Below are positions 36,612 through 45,404 of a DNA stretch of 64,000 bases, in pieces (position 1 is the stretch's first letter; every line of letters begins with the position of its first letter). The DNA comes from Eubacteriales bacterium (GTDB taxonomy: Bacteria; Bacillota; Clostridia; Lachnospirales; JAITVM01). The translations under genes and the position numbers were made by a program. The stretch lies in contig JAVBOA010000008.1 in NCBI GenBank assembly GCA_031551135.1, positions 10,563 to 74,562 of the forward strand, written 5' to 3'. The notes under the pieces are model-generated. The model was not told the DNA's origin, ran no database searches, and was given only the letters and a program-made list of their open reading frames with translations.

Positions 36612-39233
36612 CTAAACCACCTCTAATTTAAACAGCTTCATAAGATCATCATTACTTAGCTCGGTGATCCAATTTTCTTCACTTTTCGCGATTATTTCTC
36701 CCGCAAGTTTTTGCTTGTCGTTTATCATTTTATCGATTTTTTCTTCAATCGTTCCTGTCGTTATCATTTTATGCACCATAACGTTTTTCGCCTGCCCGAT
36801 ACGGAAAACACGATCCGTTGCCTGATTTTCTATCGCAGGATTCCACCATCTGTCGAAATGTATTACATGATTCGCTTTAACGAGATTCAATCCGACACCG
36901 CCGGCTTTTAATGATAAGACCATATACGGTACATATTCATCTCCCTGAAATTTTTCTACGATTTCAGTACGTTTTTTTACCGCCGTTCCGCCGTGCAGCG
37001 AAAGTCCGCGCCTGCCGAATATTTTTTCCAGATAATCTACCAAAGGCTCTACCATTTCTCTGAACTGCGTAAAGATCAGAACGCTCTCCCGTTTTTCGCG
37101 GATTGTCTCACAAATTTCAGCTAATTTTTCAAATTTACCGCTATATTCTTCTGCAAATTTTGCCTGCCCGTTAAATTGGTCGGGATGATTGCAAATCTGT
37201 TTGAATTTAACAATACTAGCCAAAACTATGCCTTTGCGCTGTATTCCTTCGGCTGAATAGATGCTGTGCTCTATTTCTTTAACTAATTTATTATACAATA
37301 CAACCTGTTTTTTGCTGAGTCCCGCATAATCGAAAATCTCAATTTTATCCGGCAAATCACTGATTATGCTCTTGTCCGTTTTCAATCTTCTTAAAATAAA
37401 AGGACTTATTATATTTTTCAAATTGGAGTAGTTTTCATTCTCTGACATATTTTTAATCAAAGTGGAAAATTCTTTATTTGTGCCCAAAAGCCCTTTGTTC
37501 AAGAAATCAAAAATTGACCACAAATCCGAGAGCTTGTTTTCTATCGGAGTTCCTGTCATTGCGATTTTAAAATCAGCCTTGATCTCTTTAACGGCTTTTG
37601 TTTGTTTTGTAGACGGATTTTTAATCGCCTGCGCCTCGTCCAAAATCAGTATGTCCCATTTGTTTTCTCTAAGTTTTTCAAGCTTTAAAGCCATTCCGTA
37701 AGTTGTTATAAATAAATCGGCGTTTTCAAAATCCAGCTCTGTTTTGTTTCCGTGCAAAATATTATATTTTATCAGCGGCGCAAATTTCATCAGTTCTTTT
37801 TCCCAGTTACCGATTAATGAAGCCGGTATTATTAACAACGCTTTAAAATCTCTCCTTTGACGGATATATTCCAAAAACGCAATTATCTGAACAGTTTTTC
37901 CAAGTCCCATATCGTCCGCCAAAAGTGCTCCGAATTTTAAATTGTTCATCATCGTCAGCCAGCTAAATCCCGATTGTTGATAATGCCTTAAATCAGCTTT
38001 AAAATCACTGCCGATTTTTAGATTTTTATTGACTTCCGGAGCACTTAGGCTTTTTTTCAGATTTTCCATCCATTCACCGCTTTTAATCTCGATGTCTAAA
38101 TCCGAATCTTCGTCTTGAAATAAAAGTTTATTCGGATTCAACTGCATGCGCATTGCATCCGCAAAGCTCAATCCATCGCCGTCCGCTAATTCATTTGCTC
38201 TTTCAAAGGCCTCCAAAGCCGCTTTCAGCTTTTCTTGGTCTACTTCTATCCACTTTCCTTTTATAAAATAAAGTCCGTTTGTTTTGCTAATCAAATCTTC
38301 AATTTCTTCTTTTGTAAAGCTCTCGTCTCTAAAATAAATTTCAGGTCTGAAACTCAAAATCGCATCCAGCCCGACAGCAGACGGCGGCTGCTCACCAATC
38401 GCAACCGAAACCCTGAGCATATTGGATTTTTTACGCCACCAATCGGGAATACGGCATAATATTCCGCTTTCTTCATACAGCGGCACTTCTTTTAAAAACT
38501 CGAAAGCATCTTCTTTTCCGAATTTCAGAGGCGAAAATATTTCTCCGCTTTCGATTAAATCGGATAAAAAATCACTTTTGTCCGCCGCCTGACTAACAGA
38601 AGATAGGAGCTTAAGCAATAAATCCCGTTGGTTTTGAAATTCCAGAAGTGCGTTTTTCAGCGGAATATGATTCGATTTCATTTCAGCTTTTTCGGTAGAA
38701 TATGTAGCCAAAAATGCGAACGGATAATCATCCGATTTGCTTTCAACCAAATGAAAGAAAACCCGTCCGAAAATTTTGGTTTGATTATTGATTGATTTTA
38801 AAAAATCCTGAACTGTCCCGCCGAATTTCGCAAGCTCCGATTCAAAAACTTCGGACAATTTCGTCCATTGAGTCTTTATCCAATTTATGCTTATATATTC
38901 CATGCCTATAGCAAAAGGCATTTCTTTCATAAGACTATAAGCATCAAAATCTTCAATCATGCTTGGCTTTTTTGTAAATTCAATTGCGGGATTTTGTGAA
39001 ATATACTCAATAAATCTAAAACTAAGTTTATGGATAAAGCTCAAGGATGGCGAAATATCCCTTGGTCTTGAAGCGAATCCAAAATAAAACAAAGTTTTGT
39101 TCTGATTATTTTTAAAATCCTCAAAAAATTTATCATCTGCATAGTAATTTTTATTGCCGGTTGTCTCGTAGTCAATCGAAAATCCGTCTTCTGTAAAATA
39201 TACAATGAGTTCTTTATTCAAAATTCCCACCAT
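36612..39233 (-). CDS. SNF2-family DEAD/H helicase (RapA/YwqA-like)
   Basis: 873 aa. Motifs LADDMGLGKT, LILDEAQAIKN, MTGTPIENKLSDLW and SLKAGGVGLNLVKANHVIHFDRWWNPAIENQATDRVFRIGQ. Confidence 0.9.
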   Translation of the reverse strand: MVGILNKELIVYFTEDGFSIDYETTGNKNYYADDKFFEDFKNNQNKTLFYFGFASRPRDISPSLSFIHKLSFRFIEYISQNPAIEFTKKPSMIEDFDAYSLMKEMPFAIGMEYISINWIKTQWTKLSEVFESELAKFGGTVQDFLKSINNQTKIFGRVFFHLVESKSDDYPFAFLATYSTEKAEMKSNHIPLKNALLEFQNQRDLLLKLLSSVSQAADKSDFLSDLIESGEIFSPLKFGKEDAFEFLKEVPLYEESGILCRIPDWWRKKSNMLRVSVAIGEQPPSAVGLDAILSFRPEIYFRDESFTKEEIEDLISKTNGLYFIKGKWIEVDQEKLKAALEAFERANELADGDGLSFADAMRMQLNPNKLLFQDEDSDLDIEIKSGEWMENLKKSLSAPEVNKNLKIGSDFKADLRHYQQSGFSWLTMMNNLKFGALLADDMGLGKTVQIIAFLEYIRQRRDFKALLIIPASLIGNWEKELMKFAPLIKYNILHGNKTELDFENADLFITTYGMALKLEKLRENKWDILILDEAQAIKNPSTKQTKAVKEIKADFKIAMTGTPIENKLSDLWSIFDFLNKGLLGTNKEFSTLIKNMSENENYSNLKNIISPFILRRLKTDKSIISDLPDKIEIFDYAGLSKKQVVLYNKLVKEIEHSIYSAEGIQRKGIVLASIVKFKQICNHPDQFNGQAKFAEEYSGKFEKLAEICETIREKRESVLIFTQFREMVEPLVDYLEKIFGRRGLSLHGGTAVKKRTEIVEKFQGDEYVPYMVLSLKAGGVGLNLVKANHVIHFDRWWNPAIENQATDRVFRIGQAKNVMVHKMITTGTIEEKIDKMINDKQKLAGEIIAKSEENWITELSNDDLMKLFKLEVV

Positions 39234-39248
39234 TCCTACTACTTTTTC

Positions 39249-39291
39249 ATACTATTTTATACTATTTCCAAGCTTAAAAAAAGAATAATTT
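39249..39291 (+). repeat. Possible degenerate left-end remnant of the palindromic repeat
   Basis: ATACTATTTT then ATACTATTTCCAAGCTTAAAAAAAGAATAATTTC resembles the left arm of the diverged copy 5 read in forward orientation (TATACTATTTCCC...AAAGAATAGAAAAAAATATTTC). Confidence 0.3.
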
Positions 39292-40752
39292 CTATAAATC
39301 TATAAATTTATTTGCGATTTTGTTGACAAAAACTTCGTCGTGCTCCACAAAAATCATTGTAGGCTCAGAAAATAAAATCATTTCTTCAATTTGGATTTTT
39401 GAAAAAACATCCACATAGTTCAGCGGTTCGTCCCAGATATATAAATTAGCTTCTTCGCAAATCGATTTTGCGACTAAAACTTTTTTGCGCTGACCTTCGG
39501 AATAATCTTCGATATTCATATCAAATAATTTTCTTTCGAAGTCCAATTTTCGTAAAATGGTTTTAAAATAAGTTTCATCCAAATTATTCACTTGTGCAAA
39601 ATTTTTTAAATCGCTGCTTAAATTTGAAGTAATTTGTGTGATATAAGAAATTTTAATCGACGGCGGTATTTTCAATTCTCCGGAAAAATCCATTTCATCT
39701 CCGGCGATAAGCTTAATCAAAGACGATTTTCCCGAGCCGTTTTTTCCGCGCACCGCAATTCGATCACCTTTAAATAAATCAAAAGAAAGATTATCAAAAA
39801 CTTTATTTTCGCCGTAAAAAATCGATATATTTTTTGCAGATATCAAATTTGTTTTATGATATTCAATATATTTTAGCGTTAAATCTTCATAAGAATCTAT
39901 ATTTTTCATCAAAGAAGATTTTTCTTCGATAGCTTTATTTTTGCGCTTTTCGATATTTTTCGAACGCTTCATCATTTTTGCCGCCTGATGCCCGACAAAG
40001 CCACGGTCATAAACTCCCTGCCCGATTTTGCTGCTTTCAATTTTATCCGACCACTGCGCCGTTCTTCGGGCTGATTGCTCAAGCTTTCTTACTTCTTTTT
40101 TTAGTTTTTTATTTTTTTCGATTTCATATTCGTCCTGCTGCTGTTTATTTTGATAATAAGTCGAGAAATTTCCTTTTTGCAATTCGATATTCGCACGGTT
40201 TATCGATAAAATATAATCCACGCAATTATCCAAAAAATCACGGTCATGCGAGACAACAATAAAACCCTGCTTTGATTTCAAATAATCGCATACAGTTTTT
40301 CGCCCCAGGATATCCAAATGATTCGTCGGCTCGTCTATCAACAAAAAATTATTCTGCTTTATAAACATTGCCGCAAGCATTGTCTTTGTTCTTTCGCCCA
40401 GACTCAAGGTTTCAAAAGGACGGTATAAAATTTCTTCATCTACCGATAAAAGCGAAAGCTCTTTTATAATTTCCCATTCCTGCAAGTTTGGATTTAGCTC
40501 AAAAAGTGCATCAATTGTATTTTTCGAAATATTCCGAATTTCAAACGGGAAATAATCGAAATTTATTGAGCAATCGATTTTTCCCTTGTATTCCAATTCT
40601 GAATTTAAAATCTTCAATAAAGTGGTTTTGCCGCGCCCGTTGCGCCCGACTAAGCCGAGTTTCCAATTAGAATCTATTTGCAGATTAACATTTTCAAAAA
40701 TATCGTTAAATCCGTAAGCAAACGATAGATTTTTTATTGATATCAATGACAT
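39292..40752 (-). CDS. Lsa-family ABC-F ribosomal protection protein (two ABC domains, no TM domain)
   Basis: 486 aa. It is collinear with Lsa(A) as I recall it: SNWKLGLVGRNGRGKTTLLKIL, LIDEPTNHLD, an interdomain basic linker, GKNGSGKSSL and IWDEPLNYVD. Confidence 0.85.
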   Translation of the reverse strand: MSLISIKNLSFAYGFNDIFENVNLQIDSNWKLGLVGRNGRGKTTLLKILNSELEYKGKIDCSINFDYFPFEIRNISKNTIDALFELNPNLQEWEIIKELSLLSVDEEILYRPFETLSLGERTKTMLAAMFIKQNNFLLIDEPTNHLDILGRKTVCDYLKSKQGFIVVSHDRDFLDNCVDYILSINRANIELQKGNFSTYYQNKQQQDEYEIEKNKKLKKEVRKLEQSARRTAQWSDKIESSKIGQGVYDRGFVGHQAAKMMKRSKNIEKRKNKAIEEKSSLMKNIDSYEDLTLKYIEYHKTNLISAKNISIFYGENKVFDNLSFDLFKGDRIAVRGKNGSGKSSLIKLIAGDEMDFSGELKIPPSIKISYITQITSNLSSDLKNFAQVNNLDETYFKTILRKLDFERKLFDMNIEDYSEGQRKKVLVAKSICEEANLYIWDEPLNYVDVFSKIQIEEMILFSEPTMIFVEHDEVFVNKIANKFIDL

Positions 40753-40774
40753 AAAATCACCCCAAAATTTGTAT

Positions 40775-40873
40775 TAAAAAAGCCATAGAAAAACATTATT
40801 CCTATGGCGTAAATACAAAATTCGGGTTAGCAAATTTTAAAATAAAATCATAATAAAACAAAAGGAATAATAT
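40775..40873 (-). promoter_or_regulatory. Leader attenuator of the ABC-F gene: terminator hairpin plus an alternative antiterminator pairing
   Basis: On the minus strand: GCCATAGGAA-TAATG-TTTCTATGGC then TTTTTT (40808-40775). The upstream ATATTATTCCT (40873-40863) is complementary to AGGAATAAT in the terminator 5' arm. Confidence 0.55.
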
Positions 40874-40925
40874 TTTTCTCGCTTGGTTTTTTTGCACGCA
40901 AATAAAACCATTTAAATTATTAAAA

Positions 40926-40946
40926 TTAGCAAGAAAAATTATTCAT
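40926..40946 (-). CDS. Candidate 6-codon leader peptide (MNNFSC) of the ABC-F attenuator
   Basis: AAAGGAG, then 8 nt, then ATG AAT AAT TTT TCT TGC TAA, about 170 nt upstream of the ABC-F start. Confidence 0.45.
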   Translation of the reverse strand: MNNFSC

Positions 40947-41036
40947 TCTTTCAGCTCCTTTTGTTGTGATAAATCAATATCGTTTCAAAGCGCAATTCCG
41001 CTTCATAATTATATTAATATAAAATTCTTTCGGTGT

Positions 41037-41924
41037 CTATACCAATCTCTTAATAATATCCTCACGTTCGCCTTCCAATAAATCAATTACCGGTATTTCT
41101 ATCATAGTATACGCACCCGGTTTTTGTTTCAAAGAAGCTCTGGCGCAAGCGACCATTACTTGAGATGTCAAAGCGGGATTATTTATTTTCATATTGAAAT
41201 CAAAAAGCTGATTGTCCGTCATTCCCGAAACACCCTTGCGCTGCATATTAACGCCGTGACCTTTATCAATATATTTATTTACATCATCGACTTGGATTAC
41301 ATGCGTTTCGTCATGTATAAAATAATCATCCGATTTTATAGCATCAGCTATTGATTTAAAATCTATATTCGGATATGTCTCAACATAAACAATTCGTCTA
41401 TGAACTCCCGTTCCTGTCGGAATCGTAACCGATATTGCATCTTTAACGCCCTCTATCGCGCGCACGGCTACCGAATGTCCCATGCTCATTCCCGGACCGA
41501 AATTTGTATAAGTAATTCCTCTAGGTGCGCAGGCCTCCAAAAGCGTTCTGACTATCGAGTCACTGCCCGGGTCCCAGCCGGCGGAAATTACCGCAACCGA
41601 ATTATTTTTCTCAGCGACTTCATTTAAATTTTTTCGTAATCCAATAATGTCTCCGTGGATATCGAAACTGTCTATAGTATTAATACCCATTTCAAGATAT
41701 TTTTTTGCATTATCAAAAACTGCTCTTGTCGGAGTGCATAAAAGCGCAACATCAACTTTTCCAAGTTCCTTGATATCCGTAACTATATTTAAATCATCGA
41801 TTTTTGTATCTTTACTGCGTCTGACAACCCCCACAAGCTCCATATCCGAAGCCGCCTGAACAGCTTGTACTGCGTATTTTCCTATATTACCGTAACCCAC
41901 TATCGCAACTTTAATTTTATCCAT
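41037..41924 (-). CDS. ddh: meso-Diaminopimelate D-dehydrogenase
   Basis: MDKIKVAIVGYGNIGKYAV is the Rossmann motif. WDPGSDS and the overall length fit Ddh. AAAGGAG RBS precedes the ATG at 41924. Confidence 0.85.
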   Translation of the reverse strand: MDKIKVAIVGYGNIGKYAVQAVQAASDMELVGVVRRSKDTKIDDLNIVTDIKELGKVDVALLCTPTRAVFDNAKKYLEMGINTIDSFDIHGDIIGLRKNLNEVAEKNNSVAVISAGWDPGSDSIVRTLLEACAPRGITYTNFGPGMSMGHSVAVRAIEGVKDAISVTIPTGTGVHRRIVYVETYPNIDFKSIADAIKSDDYFIHDETHVIQVDDVNKYIDKGHGVNMQRKGVSGMTDNQLFDFNMKINNPALTSQVMVACARASLKQKPGAYTMIEIPVIDLLEGEREDIIKRLV

Positions 41925-42017
41925 AATTAACTCCTTTTTGTTGAATTTAAAGCTTAACATCTTTGCAGTATAATTATACGATAAAATTAATCATTAATAA
42001 ATTATTTTTTTTTAAGT

Positions 42018-42133
42018 TAAACTATTTTCATTATTAAGGATAGAAAAAAATATTTCATTTCACGCTTGAAGCATACGTGAAACGCTCCTCTGTGAAAAAT
42101 TTTTTTCTACTTATCAAAATGAAAATAGTATTA
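42018..42133 (+). repeat. Palindromic intergenic repeat, full-length copy 7 (forward)
   Basis: 116 nt. Its last three bases (TTA, 42131-42133) are the complement of the TAA stop codon of the hemolysin III gene. Confidence 0.95.
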
Positions 42134-42775
42134 AATAAAAAGGAACATTAGTAATATATGAAAAAAACTACCCAGCATAACCAATACATGAAAAATTTCA
42201 TGAAAGCCGAAATGCTTAAATGAAGGTTTTTTTATAGCATAAACCACGCCGCCGGCAGTATACGCAACGCCGCCAAGAGCAAGCAATAAAAATCCCATCG
42301 GGTGCAAAGATTTTGAAAGCGGCACAAAAGCTACAATAACGAGCCAACCCATGAATAGATAAATTCCGGAAGTCAGCCAGCGAGGCATGTTTATAAAAAA
42401 CACTTTAAAAAGAATTCCCAAAATCGCAATTGACCAAACAAGAATCAAAAGTGTATATCCCCAAACGCCTCTTAATGTTATTAAACAAATCGGCGTATAC
42501 GAACCGGCAATCAAAACAAAAATCATCATATGGTCGATTTTGCGCAGCAACTCGGATTTTTTTTCGGATATTTTGAGCATATGATAAAATGTACTCGCGG
42601 CGTATAATAAAATCAAAGCGGCTCCGAAAACCGAAAAACTTACAATATGCCAAACCGTGGCCGTAAGCGCCGCCTTAATTATCAAAAATACGGTAACAGG
42701 AATACAGCAAATTAGCGCAATCAAATGGGTAAGCGTGCTGATAGGGTCTTTAAACTTATTCATCATAATAAACAT
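42131..42775 (-). CDS. Hemolysin III / PAQR family membrane protein
   Basis: 214 aa with 7 TM helices. It has the HxxxH-type C-terminal motif HEIFHVLV. The start could also be the internal MNKF. Confidence 0.88.
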   Translation of the reverse strand: MFIMMNKFKDPISTLTHLIALICCIPVTVFLIIKAALTATVWHIVSFSVFGAALILLYAASTFYHMLKISEKKSELLRKIDHMMIFVLIAGSYTPICLITLRGVWGYTLLILVWSIAILGILFKVFFINMPRWLTSGIYLFMGWLVIVAFVPLSKSLHPMGFLLLALGGVAYTAGGVVYAIKKPSFKHFGFHEIFHVLVMLGSFFHILLMFLFI

Positions 42776-42867
42776 CTCCTAATGTAGTTTTTAAAACTAT
42801 GTGTTGCATTTATTATAACCTTAATATATAATAATATCAAGTAAATTTTTTCAAAAGGACTGATAAA

Positions 42868-43365
42868 ATGAGAAAATATTCAGAATTTTTTGATTCACTA
42901 GACACAATCCCAATCGAAAAACTCCCTGATCTTGAGCTTTATATGGATCAAGTCACCAAATTTTTAGATGATAAACTTTTAGCTTATAAGCAAGAAAAAA
43001 GTGATAGAGCCATTACAAAAACAATGGTCAACAATTATACAAAAGCAAAAATGCTTCCTGTTTCAAACAAAAAAAAATACAGCAAAGAGCATTTACTATT
43101 CTTGATTTTAATTTTCCATTTAAAATCAATTTTGTCAATCGACGATATTTCGAAAATAATCGGCCTTTTGCCGGACTCAATTTCGGATTTTTACGGAAGC
43201 TTTTTAAAAATTCAGGAAGAGCAAATCTCAAAGCTAAAGGAAGAAAACGAAAAATCCAATATAAATGATAAAATGGAACTTATATTTTCGCTTGCCTTCG
43301 AAATCGAATTAAAAAAAATGATGATAGAATATATTTTGAACCAAGACAGTGAAATAATAAACTAA
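42868..43365 (+). CDS. DUF1836 domain protein
   Basis: ITKTMVNNYTKAKMLPVSNKKKYSKEHLLFLILIFHLKSILSIDDI matches the DUF1836 core as I recall it. Confidence 0.6.
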   Translation: MRKYSEFFDSLDTIPIEKLPDLELYMDQVTKFLDDKLLAYKQEKSDRAITKTMVNNYTKAKMLPVSNKKKYSKEHLLFLILIFHLKSILSIDDISKIIGLLPDSISDFYGSFLKIQEEQISKLKEENEKSNINDKMELIFSLAFEIELKKMMIEYILNQDSEIIN

Positions 43366-43390
43366 ATATTTCGACACTTTCTGTACGGCT

Positions 43391-43427
43391 ATAAAAAAAT
43401 GACGCAAACGCGCCATTTTTTTATAGT
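43391..43427. terminator. Weak bidirectional terminator
   Basis: A7-ATGACGC-AAA-CGCGCCAT-T7 forms a short imperfect stem between convergent genes. Confidence 0.45.
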
Positions 43428-43435
43428 TTTTTATT

Positions 43436-44119
43436 TTAAATCAAAACCACGTTTATATTCACGTCATTAATTCCGGCGGATTCCAAAAATGTGCCGACTA
43501 ATTCTCTTAAAGATTTAATTGTGTTTTCGTTAGCAAGTTTCAGCATTTGTTCTTCATGCAATTCCAAATACATAGAATTTTTAACTTTTTTAATTAATTC
43601 ATTTTGTTCAGCGGCGGTTAGTTTTATTTCGCCGAATCTTAAAAGTCCGTTTGTTGTTGAATAAATTTCTGTTTTATCATTCAAAATTTCCAGAGATGAA
43701 ACAACCGGTTTTTTTGCTTTGACTGTTAAAATATTGCTGTCCGGATTATATATAATCATATCTTTTGTAATCTCTGCCAAATCAGTCGAAAATTTCGCTT
43801 TCGAATAAAAAACCATATTCTGATATTTTTTAAGTATGTCCCATTCATAAATAGAATTGTCCCATTGAACCTCCTGCTTGAGGTCTGTCTCCATTGTCAC
43901 GAGTTCTTTTTTCCCTTGAATATTTTGAACCATAACTTCGTCAACTTTGATTTTTTTCATTATTTTGTCAACATCAGGCATTTGAATGTTCATAGGTTTG
44001 TTTTGATCCAGAAAAGCCGCCTTTGATTCCTTTTGAAAATTCATTGCGAAAATAAACCCCACAATAACAAAGACTACTGCCATTAATACAAAATTTCTGA
44101 TTTTTTTCAAAATTTTCAC
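43436..44119 (-). CDS. Hypothetical membrane-anchored protein (possibly DUF4230-like), last gene of the lspA...pyrC' block
   Basis: 227 aa with one N-terminal TM helix. The start is ambiguous between GTG 44119 and TTG 44110. There is a 4-nt gap to the upstream gene. Confidence 0.55.
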   Translation of the reverse strand: MKILKKIRNFVLMAVVFVIVGFIFAMNFQKESKAAFLDQNKPMNIQMPDVDKIMKKIKVDEVMVQNIQGKKELVTMETDLKQEVQWDNSIYEWDILKKYQNMVFYSKAKFSTDLAEITKDMIIYNPDSNILTVKAKKPVVSSLEILNDKTEIYSTTNGLLRFGEIKLTAAEQNELIKKVKNSMYLELHEEQMLKLANENTIKSLRELVGTFLESAGINDVNINVVLI

Positions 44120-44123
44120 CCCT

Positions 44124-45404
44124 CTAAAATTCTTGTAAATACATAATTCTGCCGTTTACAATTGTGCCCAAAACTTTTCCTTTTAGCTTCATGCCGTCGT
44201 ACGGCGAAAACTTGGCTTTAGAAGCGAAATTTTCCGCTGTAATTTGATTTTCCGCATCGATATCAAAAATAAATAAATCGCCGGACATTCCGATTTCAAT
44301 ATTTCCTTTATTGCTTAGATTTAAAAATTTTGCCGGATTTAGAGTAAATTTTTCTATTAAATTTATTATACTCATTTTGCGCTCAATAACAAGGGCATTG
44401 TATGAGATAAGAAAAGCGGTTTCCAAAGAAGAAATTCCATAGGAAGCAGATTCAAATTCGCAAGTTTTTTGTTCGATTGTCGAAGGTGAATGACCGGAGG
44501 ATATAATATCGATTGTACCGTCAAAAATCCCTTCAATAATCGCTTCAACGTCGCTTTTTGTCCTAAGCGGCGGTTTTACTTTACAAAAAGTATTGTAATT
44601 TTCGAGCGAATCTTCGGTCAATGTAAAATAATGCGGGCAAGTATCGCAAGTCACTTTAATTCCGTCTTTTTTCGCCTGCCTGATTAATTCGACCGAACCT
44701 TTTGTGCTGATATTCGCTATATGAATTCTGGAGTTTGCGTATTTTGCTAAAATCAAATTTCTGGCAAGCGTAATTTCCTCTGATTCGCGCGGAATCCCCC
44801 GAAGCCCGGTTTGCGTTGAAATTATTCCTTTATTTATAACGCCGTCGCCCGATACGGATTTATCTTCACAAAAAGTTATCACAGGAATATCAAACATTGT
44901 TGCGTATTTCAAAACATTGCTGAGCAGAAGCGCGTCATAAAAAGCCTTGCCGCCGTCCGAAATCGCAACAATTCCGGCGCGCTTCATTTCGCCGATTTCC
45001 GCCATCTGATTGCCCAAAAGCCCTTTTGTCATGCCGCCGTATTGAAAAATATTTACATAAGATAATTCTTTCGCTTTATTTTCGATATATTTAACGACGG
45101 TTTTATCATCGATTACCGGCATTGTGTCCGGCGAAGCCGTGAGCGACGTAAATCCGCCTTTTATCGCAGATTTTGAGGCAGAGGCGATATCCTCTTTATT
45201 TTCGAAACCGGGATCGCAGATTTTACATGATGTATCGATAAGTCCCGGGAAAACATATTTTTCTTTAACATCGATATATTCAGGAATATTATAATTTAAA
45301 TTTTTTCCGATTTCGATAATTTCGCCGTAATCAATATAAATATCAACAATCTCTAAAACTCCATCTTTATTAAACACAGAAGCATTTTTAATTAAAGTTC
45401 TCAT
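44124..45404 (-). CDS. Dihydroorotase-like protein lacking all metal-binding and catalytic residues (PyrC'-type pseudoenzyme)
   Basis: 426 aa and collinear with type I DHOase, but DLHVHLREPG is replaced by DTSCKICDPG, HCED by FCED, HxCHxS by HIANIS, and TDHAPH by SGHSPS. Confidence 0.85.
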   Translation of the reverse strand: MRTLIKNASVFNKDGVLEIVDIYIDYGEIIEIGKNLNYNIPEYIDVKEKYVFPGLIDTSCKICDPGFENKEDIASASKSAIKGGFTSLTASPDTMPVIDDKTVVKYIENKAKELSYVNIFQYGGMTKGLLGNQMAEIGEMKRAGIVAISDGGKAFYDALLLSNVLKYATMFDIPVITFCEDKSVSGDGVINKGIISTQTGLRGIPRESEEITLARNLILAKYANSRIHIANISTKGSVELIRQAKKDGIKVTCDTCPHYFTLTEDSLENYNTFCKVKPPLRTKSDVEAIIEGIFDGTIDIISSGHSPSTIEQKTCEFESASYGISSLETAFLISYNALVIERKMSIINLIEKFTLNPAKFLNLSNKGNIEIGMSGDLFIFDIDAENQITAENFASKAKFSPYDGMKLKGKVLGTIVNGRIMYLQEF

